64,000 nucleotides of DNA, from positions 1,488,001 to 1,552,000 of the forward strand of contig LSRY02000006.1 in NCBI GenBank assembly GCA_001643675.2. Reading direction: 5' to 3'. Shown piece after piece: positions 37,201 through 51,080 of the stretch. Numbering within the stretch: position 1 is the stretch's first letter; each line of letters begins with the position of its first letter. The position numbers and the translations under genes were made by a program. The stretch is from Monocercomonoides exilis PA203. Its lineage: Eukaryota; Protista; Preaxostyla. Below the pieces are notes generated by a model. It saw nothing but the letters and a program-made list of their open reading frames with translations, did not search any database and was not told where the DNA came from.

Positions 37201-40028
37201 AGAAGAGAAGAAGGAAGAGCCAGAAGGAGAGTTCTGGTTGATCTTCATAGATTTTGTGGTTGGTGGTGTGTAAAGTGAGTTGACAGCAGCTTCGACGATT
37301 TTGTGTGCCAATTGTATAGTCCGGGTGAGCATTGCAAAAACAGCACTCATTGTTTCATTGGAGCGGAAGAAGAACGACGGGAAGAGGCCGAATGCTCTCA
37401 GGAGGAACGAGAGAGAAGCAGAGAGAGAGGAAAAGGCGTCAAACAGAAGAGAAGAAGAAGCAAGGAGAATGGAAGTGAAGGCAGGCGAGGCAAAAGAAGA
37501 GCGGGTGAATGAGACTGATGAGTAGGATGAGGAAGCAGATGCTCCATTTCCTTCGGCAGAGGCAGCAGAAGATGATTGAGCATTCAGTTGGGCAACTAAG
37601 TTTGCTGGTGGAGTGACTGAAAAAAGAGAAGAGATGGTCGATGAGACAAAGGGCACCTGCTGCAACAGCACAGTCAGATCGCTTTCGCCCTTTCTGAGGC
37701 AGAACTGGATCATCGACTCCAAGTGCGAGTTTTCTGTTGAGGATGATGATGATGATGATGATGCAGGCAATACACAGCTCCCGGCAGACGAAAACTGCCC
37801 TTCGACATTTTGTCCTGTGCAGTCAAAAGGAGACGCGTTGTTCATTTCTTCGGCTTGCCGCTCTTCTTTCTCTTCGATCCGGTCCTGCTCTTCCATCTCT
37901 GCGTCTTCCATCGCCTCGGCCTCGTCTGCAAGTTCCTCCTCGTTCTCTTCGGCTTCTCTGTCCTCGTCATATTCATTGCGCCTGCCAACATTGGCACGCC
38001 CCGCCAGCCTCATGTCAGCCTTCATCTTCTCCCTCGCCTCTCGTCGCATCCTCCGCTCTTCGCCCCGCAGCTCCCGCTCTTTCTTCCTCTCTTCCCTCGC
38101 TTTCCTCCTCTCTTCTCTCTCCAGCTGCTTCTGCTGCAGCATCTCCCTCTTCTTCCTCTGCTCATACTGTGCGTTGGGGTCTGTACCGATATAGGACTCG
38201 TTCCAGCCACACACAGAACACGCTGCCATCACTCCTTCGTTGAGGGCAATCAAAGCAGAAGACACGGTGGATGAGGAAGAGAGAGAGGGCACTTGGATCG
38301 GAGGGACATGTATGGGCTGGTGGCGAAGTGAAGGAGATTGTGATGAAGAAGAGGCAGAAGAAGAAGATGTGGATGAAGAGGAGTTTTTTGTGTTTGTGTG
38401 ATTGTGTGAAGGAGATGACATTGGAGATGCAGCAGCAGAAGCAGCACCAGAACGAGTTGGTTTGGTTGATTCATTACCACTTTCAAACACAGCCATCTTC
38501 CTGTTGATGTAGTTCAGAAGTGCAGAAAATGAGTGTGAAGCAGCAAACCGCGATGCGTGAGATGAGAGTGGTGTGGAGAAAAGTGCCTGTCGTGGGGCAA
38601 TTGCTGATGATTGTTGATTGGAATCTTCTTGGTTAGAAGAGACGCTGCTTCTCATCTGTTCTGCTCCACTAGGAGTTGAAGAGGCAGGTGTTGCTGCTGC
38701 AGCGACAGACGATGAGAGATAGATAAACGCCGAGTCAAACAGCACGTCTTTGATGCGGAGCTTGGCGACAGTTGCGAGGAGGGAGCACAGGGCAAAAGCT
38801 GCTGCTGGGTGCCGATCCAGCTGATAGACAAGAATTGAAAAGGCAGACGAAGACGAGTGAATGAGTTGTGGAATGACTTCTTGTCGGGAGTTTTGAGCTT
38901 TACGGGCGTTATGTTCGGGCTGGACTTCATCAGAAGATTGAGAGGCAGCATTTTTGTCTTCGGCTTTATTCAGAGGAACTTTGACCAAAGGAGCGAAGGT
39001 TATAAGTGACTCTGTTGATGAGGTGCTCGGATACCCAGGCCCCACCGGAAGTAATGGACACTTCTCAAAATCAACTCCAGTAAACCACATCCACACAACA
39101 GATGTTAGCTCCTGGCAAGGGTTGTATATGGTTGGATATTGCGATCCCATCGATCCATTCGCATACACCGATTCAACCGAATACACCATGTTAATAAGAC
39201 TGCGAATTGTGTTTGCAGCAACTATAATCAAATCATCGTTGCAACATCCGAGTCCAAAAGTTAATATTTGAAGTATAAATGAAAAAGATGGTGGATCTTC
39301 ACGTGCAAGCGCAACGATTAATGATTGATAAGATCTCACCAAATCATAGAATTTCAATGCTTTCGACAAATTTTGTTCTTTTGATGCTTTAACAAACATC
39401 AATTGTAACTGTTCTTGTTTTGTTGAGAGAAGAGCAACAATTTCTCTTGAACGAAGCGAAAAACTGTTTTCTAACATCAAAACAAGTAGATCCAAACAAG
39501 TTTTTGCACGAGCGATAACGTTTTCTTCCAAAACCGGACCATCAACATATCTCAGTGAATAAGGTGATGACAATATTTTCAATGGACGATATCTTCTTCG
39601 ATTTGTTTGTAAATTGAATATCTCTTCAAGCAAGTTCACAACTGTTTCTTCTTCTAAATATTTTAAAAAATTAAAATTTTTGTTAATAAATATCGCTCAT
39701 AATATAATGTTGCAAACGAGAGTTAGATATTTCATCTCTCATGGCTTCATTAAAAGGAATTGACAAAAAATAAAAAACAGGTGCCAGATTTGAATAGTTC
39801 GCTCTTATGGCAACTCGGGCTTGGCTATTTATAATTTTTGTTTTCAGTAATTGAGCTTGTATATCTTTGTACTTCACGACTCTCGAAAGTTTTTGAAGCA
39901 AATCATACATCAAAACCCCATTCTGAAAAGCAAGTGAAGTTTCCACATCTAAAATTATTGTATCCTTTTCTTGTAAATTAATCTCACCTGATACCGGGAT
40001 TTCAAGTTTTTTGAGCCAATCAAAAACC
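30217..40028 (-). CDS. Giant (>3000 aa) protein: helical/CH-like N-terminus, alpha-helical segments, E/K/R coiled coil; start exon unresolved
   Basis: 2755-aa ORF 31372-39639 flanked by same-strand exons (~39720-40028, ~30974-31248, 30217-~30858) with AT-rich introns; VFDWL..AFQNGVLMYDLL..NYSNL is CH-like. Confidence 0.65.
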
Positions 40029-40241
40029 TTTTTTTTAATTATCATCAAAATATAAAAAAACTGCTTGTGATCAAAAACATAATATAATCTATTTCTTGTA
40101 AAATAGTTGTTTATTGAATTAATAAGAAACAATCTAACTAATGATTAATTAATAAAACTTTTCACGTGTTTTTTCAAAGTAAGTATTATGTACAGGATTT
40201 GATCTATTTTGCACTTTTCTTTCACAAAACCGAAGGTGAAG

Positions 40242-41185
40242 ATGATTTGTTTAATATTATTTGCAGCAGCTGTATGTGCTAAAACAAGTTTCAATGGTGT
40301 TTATATCGACGAACTTCCGCGTGAAGATGGAATTTTCCGCATTGTTCTTGAAGATAATCAATTGTTTTACGTTCCCGATCCTTCAAACAAAATCACAGAA
40401 ATAGTTGAAAAGAGACATTCAGAACATCGTTCAATGGCCTCGTATAATCAGACATTTTCGCTTAAAAATGTTTGTTAACTGAATTTAAAACTGGTTATTA
40501 AAGTTGTTGGATTTTAGGCATATCCAAATTCAAAACAGGTTGCATATGTTGGTGATCAAGACAATTGTGGAGGGTTTGCATTACAAGTACAAATTTATTT
40601 GCAGGTTATTTTTTAACATCTCTCCTATCTAGTTGCTGGACTTTCGCAGCAGCAGATACTGCTGGAACGAGTGCATATATATTCACGAAAGGAGGATCTA
40701 GCATTGATTATGAAATGTCTCAACAACATATTGTATGTTTTAGATTAATGCTAATCATATTGTAATGTTATTTAACGTAATGTTTTTAGTTAACTTGCGA
40801 TAAAAGTTGCCAAAATGGAGATAAAAATGATTGCCAAGATGGATGCGGAGGCGGATATTCAACTTTAGCTGCTGCTTGTATGAATGCATTTTATGGTGAA
40901 ATTTTTACAAAGTTATTTGATGATTTTTAGATATTCAGGAACAAGGAACTACCACGCTTGAATGTAAAAAATTTACAAGTCAAAATGGAACAACTGGCAG
41001 ATGCAAAGAGAATTGCGATGATGACAAATCGCCTATCTACTACAATAAAAATAATGCGAAACTTTATGGATATATTCTTCAAGACAATGATAAAAACAGC
41101 TTTTTCGAAAAAATGAAGACTATTTTGAATGAATATGGATCAGCTGTCTGTATGTTATTTTATTTTTATGATTATTATTATTGTT

Positions 41186-41219
<34 letters not shown>

Positions 41220-41707
41220 TTTAATTTTATACTTTTTGTAATATGAAATTTTGCGTGTACAATGGATTTATACAAATGATTCTATAAATATCTAGTGAAC
41301 TTTGATGTCCCAAGTGGCTTTTCATCTTATTTCAATTTAAATCCAAAAAAAATCTACAATGAAAATGATTCACATTATGCAGACGATTGGCATGCAGTTG
41401 CCTGTGTTGGATATGGAGAAGAAAATGGAGTAAAGTATTACTTAATCAAAAATAGGTGTGAACCACTTAATCTGAATTTTATATTTATTTTTATAAAAAT
41501 TCATTTTTATTGATGCTTAGCTGGGGGCCAAACTGGGGTGATAATGGTTATTTCAGAATTGCAGCCACGAAAAATACTCGAAAGATTGAAGGCTACGCTG
41601 TCTTTTTCCAGCCATCAGCAGGTTGGATGAATTCAACGCCAGGCAGATTATTCATGTTTTGCCTCTCTACTGCTCTGTTTGGTGCACTTGCTCTCTTGAG
41701 CTTGTAA
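40242..41707 (+). CDS. Papain-family (C1A, cathepsin B-like) cysteine protease with signal peptide and hydrophobic C-terminal tail, multi-exon
   Basis: Spliced DQDNCGGCWTF (catalytic Cys), CQDGCGGG, WHAVACVGYG (His), YYLIKN(S/R)WGPNWGDNGYFRI (Asn). Confidence 0.88.
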
Positions 41708-42354
41708 AAATGTGTTGCAACCGAAATTTTAAAAGTAATGAATTCTGGATACAAAAATTGATTGAATCATAAAGATATTACTTTTTCAAAAGAGTAATTA
41801 TAAGTCTCTGTTTGAATGACACTTTCTCGTTTTTAAACTTCAAGTGATCTATTTTTATTTTATGAGATTTATAATTAATATCATTGATATTTCATTTTTG
41901 AGGACATTTATTTTAACAGCATCATTTTATATTTTGTTCTTTACTCTACGTCCATAATTTCAACTTTATATAATATATTTTCATTATCAATCATGTTATT
42001 TTAAGATTTTTTAAGCAATAGTCATTTTATTATTTTTATTATTATTATTATTAATGATGAAAGATAAAATTTTAGAACTTTTTAATATAGATACAACTGG
42101 ATTACAATTAAAAAATAAGGCATTCAACTAATCACACAAAAGCATTGCACAATGAAAATTATTCTCACTAATTTTTTCAGCAGAAAAAATCGGTTATGAT
42201 TAAATCAAAGGAAAATATTTTCGTCTCAAGTCAATTTAATCTTTGCGCAATCATTCTGCATATTTTTTCATTCATAAATTTACACCTTTTAACTTTATTC
42301 AACATAAGAAATAATGCATGCAATCTTTGTGTATTTCTGATATTTTGATTTCAT

Positions 42355-42760
42355 ATATGGGTGATTTTTTTTGATATCATAACTTTTTTCGGGATATTGA
42401 TTATTCAAATGCTGTTTGTCTTTGAGAAAAGATTTTGTATTCGAATGTTGAATTAAACACAAATGTGTAATAGACAAATTTTATTGCACAAAAAAAGATG
42501 ATGATGTCATTTGTTAGTGTTTTCATTTTTCTGTGTTCTTCTTTTTATTTTCTAGTAAAATCTTTGAACCGAAATTTTTGAAAGAAAAAATATGCTTTCA
42601 AAAATAATTACCCATATTATTACAAGAACGTTTGATTTTGTCATAATTGTTATTCAAAGAATGTGGAAAAGATAATTTTCAATCCATTTTCAAAAGAAAA
42701 ATATAAATTCAACATCCCGAAAAAAGTTATGATTTGGGTGATTTTTTTTGATATCATAAA
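42355..42760. repeat. Degenerate dispersed repeat fragments (gggtgattttttttgatatcata; ccgaaaaaagttatgat)
   Basis: The motifs recur at ~42359, ~42717-42757, ~7647 and inverted at ~63181-63203. Confidence 0.55.
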
Positions 42761-43347
42761 AAAAGATCAAAAAATGAAAAAATTAATTCTATTGTGGTAA
42801 TTTTTGATCAATGAGTCAAATTGATTTTTATTAAGTATTTAGCTTTTATTTCTGTCATATATATTTGTTTTATTCATTAATGAGAAAAAAGACATACCTT
42901 TTTAATGTTTTGGTTTAAAAGTGATTTTTTTGATCAAGTTTCAAAAAAAAAATTTAAAGTTTATCTTTAAAATGTCAACAGAAATATCTAAACTAAAAAA
43001 ATAAAATATTGCTAAGACAATATTAAAAAGAAGAACAAAAAAGGTGATTAGAAAATAATATTTAAAGAACTTTAAAAAATGCAACAAATTTGGAATTTTT
43101 ATTTTTCCGTTGAAAAAGCAATGTGCTTTTCATTAATCTATCTGAAACCTCATCAAAATATTCCAGTATCTGCTGATCAGCCCAACAGACTAAGTAAATA
43201 TCGTTTCAAAAAATAAATGAGTTACAATAATTAATGATAACAACTTACATAAACTCTTCTTTTTCTCTTAATTCTTCATATTACATTTCCATTCAGATTC
43301 TTTCTTATCCTCCATTCATTTTTCTTCAGTTTCTGCTCTCCTTCATC

Positions 43348-46300
43348 TTAATTCCTTATTTGAAAATGCAACTCATATTGTCTTCTTTTATCTCCAACAC
43401 TTTTATCTCCAATAATCTCATGGCATCCTTTTATCGCTTCTTTCACGAAAAAATAACTTGTAAAGCTTTTTCTGTTATTTCTTTTTGTACAATTTCTTTT
43501 CTTTCTTCTTCTTTCAGCCAACTCCCTCTTCTTCAACCACACATTCATCACCAGCCTCGTCTTTTGCAACCTCTGTGCATTCTTCCTCTCCTCTCTTGCA
43601 AACTTCTTCTTCCTCAACTCCTTCAACAAATCCAACTGTTTCATTAGCAGCGTCATCTTGGAATACAGAAACAAGTAAACTTCCTCACGTGACATGTTTT
43701 CTTTGACGTAAAGATCAGCCAGTTCTGTGTGATCGAAGAGGTGAACGAAGGAAGAAAAAGAAGGAAGAAGAAGAAAAAGAAGGAAGAAGAAGAAAAAGAA
43801 GGAAGAGTAAGAGATAGAGGAAGAGTAAGAGGAAGAAGAAGAAGAGGAAGAGGAAGAAGAAGAGAAGAAGAAGGGCGATGCTGCAACCTCTGTGCGGAGA
43901 GCCTTCTTCTTGCAGTGGTTGGTGTCTGTGCAGGAGAATCGAGTGGAGACGAAGGAGAATACGACAGAAGCACACGGACAGGCGCAGAAGGCGTTGAATT
44001 CAATGAATTAGACAGGGAAGTGCGGTCAGATGGAGGCAGAGAGGAGGTGGATGTGATGTTTGTGTTGATGTGATTGTCAGATGAATGCGATGTGAAGGAA
44101 GAGCAGCTGCTGGCTGAGAGCTCAATCGCTCCTGCTGATTGTAAGTGTGGGGTGGTGCTTCTCAAATGAGATGATGATGATGATGATGATGAAGAGAAAG
44201 AATTTGAATAAGAAGAAGAAGAAGAAACAACCGAAGAAGCAGTTGAAATGACTGTTTGTGGTTCATTTATTTCTTGTTCTTGCTTCTCTCTTTCTTCTTC
44301 TGCTCCTGTTTTCTTCACCCCATTTCCTTCTTCTTTGAACTTGGCGCTCTCCTTCGCTTTTTCCTCCTCCATCATTCGATACACCCTCAGCTCATTCATC
44401 CTCTTCTGCTTCATCCTCTTCTGCTTCATTCGTTCCTCTCTCACTTCTTCTTCCTCCTCTTCTTCTTCTCCTCCTCTTCCTTCCCCAATCGCCTTCTCCT
44501 TCTCCTTCTCCTTCTCCTTCTCCCTGTTCCTTCCTCTCTCGTTGTTCATCATCATGCCCCATCGTCTCTTCTCCTTCTTCTTCCCCACAACTTTCTCTGC
44601 ATAGCTGTCAAACCGGTAAACTTCCACCAGCTCCTGCTTCCTCTGCGGTATGTGCTCAACTCGTGCCTGCTCAGCATCATCATTCACGTGGTCTCCTTGA
44701 ATGAGTGAGAAATCGAGTGGAAGAGGTGGAATATACTCAAGGGGTTGTTTGGATCCTTCAACTGAAGAGGAAAAAGAAGAGGAAAAAGAAGAGGAAGAAG
44801 AAGAGGAAGAAGAAGAGGAAGAAGAAGAGGAAGAAGAAGAGGAAGAAGAAGAGGAAGAAGAAGAGGAAGAAGAAGAGGAAGAAGAAGAGGAAGAAGAAGA
44901 GGAAGAAGAAGAGGAAGAAGAAGAGGAAGAAGAAGAGGAAGAAGTATCTGCTTGTTTGGTCGGCACCAAACTTGATCTTGTGTTTGCGTGCAAACCTTCT
45001 CCATGACTGTTGTTCTGCTGCTGATGAGCACGATAAGAGGAAGAGGTGGAAGAAGAAGAAGAAGAAGGATACTGCTGGCTTGACTGCCCAGCTAATCTGC
45101 GTGACTTGGTGAGTGACTGTGCTGTAGATGAAGGGCGAGGTGGATATGCATGCAGAGCAACTGTGGTGGTGGTTGTGGCAGAGGAGCCAGAAGAGACAGA
45201 ACTGGAGTTGTAAGGGTGTATTGAAAAAGAAGTGATAGAAGAAGCAGGAGAAGAAGAAGAAGAGGAGGAGGAGGAAGCTGAATACAATCTGGCAGACTCC
45301 ACACGTGTGGGCGACAGATACACCCTGTCTCCGTTCTGCAGCTGGGCTGGTGAGTTGATTGTGCTGTACCTGCCATTCACACCAGGAGAAATAGCAGAAG
45401 CATTCGAAGAAGAAGAAGAATAAGAAGAGGAGGAAGAAGAAGATGATGATGATAAATTCATTGTTCCTATTGAAGTCCTTCGAGCGTTCCTTGACGACGC
45501 AAAAGTGCTCCCAGCGCGGGACGAGCCAGGGGGAACAGCTGCAGACGAAGGCTGATAGAAAGAAGGTGTGGAGACAGCAGGCAAAGCGTGTGTTTGTGTG
45601 TCGCAGAACGTGGTGGCTGGAAAAGAAGGCTGGCGACACGCACTCGAAAGCGATTTAGGCACAGTTCTGTCACCAACATTGGATTTTTCTCTTTCTCTTT
45701 CATTTTCTCTTTCTCTCTCTCTTTCTCTTGAAGAATCATTACTTCTCCCTCTTTTCCCCACTGCGTATCGGAACGACCGCTCCATCACAACCACTGCCCC
45801 ATCAGCTGCATTTGTGTCTGTCTGTAGTTGTTCATTCACCTCTTCCTCTTCTCCTTCTCTTCCTTCCCTTTCTCCTTCTCATTCTTCTTCCTCTCTAACA
45901 TCTGCATTAAACTCCCCTTCCTTTCCTCTTTCACCAAATCCTTCATGTGCCCCTGTCAAGTTGTGCATCATTAGATTCGCCTTCGACGACGAAAACCGCA
46001 GCGCCGGTGACAAAATCGGTGGATAGCTCTCTTGTTGCTCTGTCTGCTCTGACTGCTCGGCTGCTTCATTTGAATTCTCGTTCACTCCAATTCGACGGTC
46101 ACTGAAAAGCGGCTCTTCATCAAAGCTATCTTTTGAACCATTTGTCTGATAGCGTGGAAAGCCAGATTCGAATCTCTCTCTGCCATGAGAACTGTATTCA
46201 TTTTCGTCTTGTTCGTTTTCCTGTTCTTCTTTCCTCCCTTCTCCTTGTTCCCCTCCTTCTCCTCCTTCTCCTTCCTCCTTCTTATTTTTCCTCATCTCCC

Positions 46301-46577
46301 TCAGCTCTCTCTCTTTCCTCAAATACGCAATCTGCTCACTCATCGACATCAAATGAAATGGCTTCGGCTGAACAGCTTCTCCCTGTGTATTTTGTTCATT
46401 CCCATTATTTACAGAGGAAGAAGCAGAAGTCGAAGAAGCAGAAGAAGCAGAAGAAGCTGAATTTGAAGAAGATGCTGTTTGTGCTGCTGCTCCAAACGCT
46501 GAAGATGTGCCACCCCCGCTCTGCTCCGCCTGCAGCCCCAGCGCCTCAATCCCTCTTTCTCCTCTAAACATCCTCAC
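43348..46577 (-). pseudogene. Frameshifted Ser-rich / coiled-coil low-complexity gene (pseudogene, or assembly indels)
   Basis: Successive same-strand ORFs 45879-46577, 43653-45839 and 43348-43695 change frame inside purine-rich microsatellites; a C15 run lies just upstream. Confidence 0.4.
44764..44943 (+). repeat. 12-bp tandem repeat (GAAGAGGAAGAA) x ~15, encoding poly-Ser on the minus strand
   Basis: Seen directly. Confidence 0.9.
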
Positions 46578-47670
46578 CAGCCCCCCCCCCCCCCCTCTCT
46601 CTCTCTCTCATTCACACTTCTCACTATTCCCAATGAGCTCCAACAAATCTCTGCTTGTGAATCCACTCACAAAATGAAGAGGAAACAGCGCATCGAGGCA
46701 AGCAGGAAGAACACAAAGTGGTATAACATTCAATCAATGAGGGGAAAAAAGTGAGAAGGCATAGAGAAGAAATGATGAAAGAAGATCGATGATTGATGAG
46801 AAGCATTTTGTATGTGCTCTGATTGCATGCATCTGACGCAAATGAAAAGAATGGAGGCAACTCATTCGCCAGGCAGTGCATCTCGAGATTGCAATTGAAG
46901 AGATGGGTATATAACAGAGAAGATGCAGATATCCGGAAAGAAGAAGAGGAGGAGGAATTGCAGCAGAAGATATGTTTGATAGCCAAATGTGTGCTGCACA
47001 AACAGAAACGCCAAATTATCAACGTCAAGCTTGCTGTTTGCAAAAATTACAAATTGTTTCAAGAGCAAAATCCGAGTGAAGTTGGACAGAATGTTGTTCG
47101 ACTGCCAACAAATATTTGATAATTGGATTTCTCGTTGTTGGCGTTTTTCCTTTCTTTTGAAGCAAAAGCGGTATCAGAAATAGATTTTCGTTGCTTTCCA
47201 TGTCTGCCCAGCACAGTCCGAGAAATAGGAAAGTCTTATATATAAAACTGATATTTTGGGGTTCTCCTTTTTTCGTTGATTTATTGCCTTTCATATGATA
47301 AATATCCTTCCCTCGATATTGCCTGCCACTTTCCTTTCCAAAAAATACCCCAAACTGCTCCTACTGCCTAACATTCCAAAATGCTATATAATTTTGTGCA
47401 GATTTTGTCCTTCACAGAATTCTATCCATAAATCCACATTTAATAAAACACAGTTGAATTTGTTTTCATCTCTTCCACCAAATAAAAATCATGTATCTTG
47501 CGTAACTTCCTTTATATCCCAATTGCTATATAATAATATGTTCTATTCTCATCGTAATGCTCTCCAACGTGAAGATTTGCTATTTGACAGACAAGAAAAG
47601 TTCCTTTTCTTTGAAAAGGAAGCAAACAGAGCAGTTTTCCAATATAATGAAAAAATTGTAATATTATCAT

Positions 47671-48139
47671 AAACATTAAAAAATAGAAAGTATTAGCAAA
47701 CCCGCAAAAAGTTGGAAAAGCAAGTGGTTTTAAAAAAATGAAAGAAACAAAACTCCAGCTTTAATCAGAACCATATCTTTTTGAATTTTTGAATATTTAT
47801 TAAAAAAAAAACAAATATCAGAAAAATTTTGATTTTATGTTTAATAGTTATTTATGTGATAAGAGTTAGAAAAATGTTTTTTCTGAATTTTAAAAACTTG
47901 TATTCATGGAAAAAACTTCTGTTTTCCGCTTCAAACAATGAAGATGACAGAAGGATCAGAATCTCGATGCCACTTTTTTTTGTTCAAAATGGTTTATTTC
48001 ATCGATTTAACTTCATCTATTGCCAAAAAACTGCTTTTTGAAATCTGCAATTTTCGCCCTTTAGCGCGAAATTTTTTGATCTTTTTGCCCTCGAAAAAAA
48101 TAAAATATAGGGTCGGATCCTTTTTTTCATTCAAAATTG
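47671..48139 (+). repeat. Left terminal inverted repeat (469 bp)
   Basis: aaacattaaaaaatagaaag...ttcattcaaaattg is the reverse complement of 55679-56147; the ORF track shows identical spurious peptides in both copies. Confidence 0.95.
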
Positions 48140-48531
48140 ACAATGTTGAGAATAGTCGAATTTATAAAATTTGTAATTTTAAAATCGTAAACGGACAGTT
48201 AGCTTATAGAATTTCCGATATTAAATTTTATTTGTTTTTTTAATAACAATGTTAATGTTACTGAAGTTTTTATTTTTTTCATTTTTTATTTTTATTTTAA
48301 ATTGTGATACGTTTTTTTGTAATTTTGAAGGATTTGTCATTTCATGAGAAATTTATAATTCAAATAAAAAATATTTCATTCATTTTAAATGCTTTCTTGA
48401 GAAAACTGTTAAAAAACAAACTGAAAATATCAAGAGAGGGAGTGAGAAAATTGAAAAAAGAAAAATTCTAAAATAAAAATCGTTAGAAAAAAAAAAGTTA
48501 AAATTAAAGCAAAAATAAACAAAGAACAAAA

Positions 48532-50398
48532 TCATTCAATCATTTGGTTTATTCTATAAAAACAAATTGCACCATTCCATCCTTCATTTGCCATTGCTTT
48601 CCAATATGCTTCATTGAAATGGGAATTCACCTGAGATATAACTCCATCATTGCACTCCAGCAGACTAAGCTCCCCAGTCGATTCATCTCTTCCATCAACA
48701 ACAACTGCTATTAAATGACCAATAGGCAAAGGTTTCATCGAATGAAGGACATATCCAATGAAATTGTAATCAATCCTAGGAAAGAAAGAAAACTCATGTT
48801 TCAGTTGATTTGTTGCACATGACGTCACCACCATCGATTTCGGAGTGGATCCACTTCCATGAAATGTGATAGTTTTGGGCGGTTGCATAACAGGGGAGTT
48901 TTCCTTTGAGCTATGATAAATTGCAAGGATTTTTGGGAACCTGTCAATTTGTGTCCAATACAAAAATGAAGTCTTGCACCCACAATAAGCATCAACACAT
49001 GGTTCCTCAGTTGATAACTGATCTGTTGCAGACAATGACAAATTTAACCCCTTCACAATCGATGGATGCATGATGGTGAAATAAAACGAAGGATTTTGGT
49101 TATGAACACGAACATGAGAACACTTCACACACAGTTTGAATGAAGATTGCTTCACTGTGAAGTCTTTCTTGACATTGCACCCCTCCAAAAATGCATCGTT
49201 CAGAATTGCTTCATATGCCGTTGTGATCCCTAATGGATCAGATTTGCTCCTACCATGTTTTTGCACAAAATTCATAAATGCTGGAGTTCCCCACACTTTG
49301 TTTGTCACAGTTCTCCCTCTGATTGCACTGAAAAGTCTTCTGAAAATATACACTCCTCCACGTCTTTTTTTGATATCATATTGCACTCCAAACGATGCCA
49401 GACATTGACAAATAGAAGCTAAAGCACATGATGATCCAAAATTTATCAACTCCCTCCCACAATTCACCAACACCTGAACATATGAACGTGATTCTTTTGG
49501 TAAAGGATGAGCTGGAAATAGAAACGAAGGAGGAAATTGAAAAAAGCTACTCATTTGTGGAACTGTTGAAAGAACAGAATAAGGATTTCCTAATGCTTCC
49601 ATTGAAGACTGTTGCTTCAAAACAACAAACAAAAAAATAAACAAATAATTATTGATTTGCCTGTAAAATTGAATCAGGCAATTTTTGAAAAAAAAAAAAA
49701 AACAAACCTCTATTTCCATTTTCATTCCTCCTCCTTTAATATCTGAACATTTTTTATCTTTGCTCATTTTTAAACATTCATCGCTCTCCGTTTCTTCATC
49801 GTCGCTTTCTTCTTCTTCAGACATTTGATCAACCGCTTCATCTTCGTCTGAAGATATTACACTGTAACTTGATGAAGAAGATTGCTTCCGAAAAATTGAT
49901 TGAATTGAATTCTCTTCCTTTTTATCCTTCAAACATTCACCCAAACAGTTGATCTTGTAATTGAAATCTTGTATCAGTTCTTGCTGAGAAAACCACTCAG
50001 TCAGACACAGCAGCATTTTTTCTTGGATATACGGGTTCGATTCATTGAACGGGAGCTTCAATTTTTGGACAATCTTATGTAATGGTGCTTTTTTATATAC
50101 AAATAATAAAAAAATAAAAACATAATAAATATCAAAATAAAAAATTATTAATTACAAAAAACAAAGAATATAAAGGAAAAACAAAAAGCAAACATCCATA
50201 ATTTTTCATCAGATTATTCATTAGCGAGTTTCCGGGGATCGATTTGATAAAAAATTCGAAGAGGACTTTATTTGCATGATCAACTGACATATTTCTGAAA
50301 AACTTCGATAGCATATCCACATCATTCATTATGCTTTGTTTTCTCATGCTTGTGTGCGTACGGGAAAATCGAGAACCAGACAACCTCCCACTTGACAT
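48532..50398 (-). CDS. Transposon-borne gene 1: transposase-type N-terminal region + USP/peptidase C19-like domain (introns ~50088-50193 and ~49615-49707)
   Basis: Cys box LINFGSSCALASICQCL, finger CVKC..CGC, His box GHLIAVV..ECNDGVI, terminal ICFY; the N-terminus aligns with gene 2. Confidence 0.75.
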
Positions 50399-50554
50399 TA
50401 TGAATTTCCTTTTATTGGGTCACATCAGATTTTCACTTTAAATTTCAATTTGGAATATTTAATATTCATTAATATTAAAAAAAAATTATTAACTCTCTGG
50501 ATTTGAAAAAAAATCCAAAATCGTTTCATTCATCGAGAAAAAAATAAATTCAAT

Positions 50555-50773
50555 TTTTTCTGTTTGAAAATTAAAAACAATGACGATCACAAAATGACAA
50601 TATTATCATGTGTCTGATTTTTGCCAGAAATGATAAATAACGACATATGAACTTTATTTATTGAAAAAAAACTGTTTTCTGCTCCTTGCACTTTCCCCCC
50701 TTTAGCACTTTTTTTTTTGATCTTTTTGACTCCTAAAAAATTCGAATTATGGATCTGATTCTTTTTTCATTGA
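50555..50773 (+). repeat. Degenerate internal copy of the inner half of the TIR
   Basis: aaacaatgacgatcacaaaatga..aactttatttattgaaaaaaaactg..ccctttagcac..ttttgatctttttg..ttttttcatt matches ~47917-48135 with many substitutions. Confidence 0.7.
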
Positions 50774-51080
50774 AGAACGATATTAGATATATTTTTAAGA
50801 ACTTTTTATGTGAGAATGATATTTTTCATAAGACAAGAATATTTATGTGATGAATTTTTCAATAAACCTTCAATTTAAGAATACTTAAATTTTTCTAATT
50901 TTTTCTAATAAGAAATTTTTTAAAAATGTTTTTTTAATCCAAATCATGTTAAAAAATTTTTTTAACAATTTTGGGTATAGTCAAATAATGAAAAAATAAC
51001 AATACAAATTTTTTTAAATTAAAAAAAAATTTTTTTAGAATAATTGTGATTTACCATAAGAAAACATTTATTAGAGAAAA

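Noticed and set aside
31364-38507. Many long antisense F/S/L-rich ORFs
   Set aside because: Shadow frames of GAA/TCT-rich coding sequence on the opposite strand.
44764-44943. Regular repeat considered as a CRISPR-like array
   Set aside because: Pure tandem microsatellite with no spacers.
47829-48243. Identical short ORFs at 47829/47938 and 55626/55777
   Set aside because: They are by-products of the non-coding TIRs.
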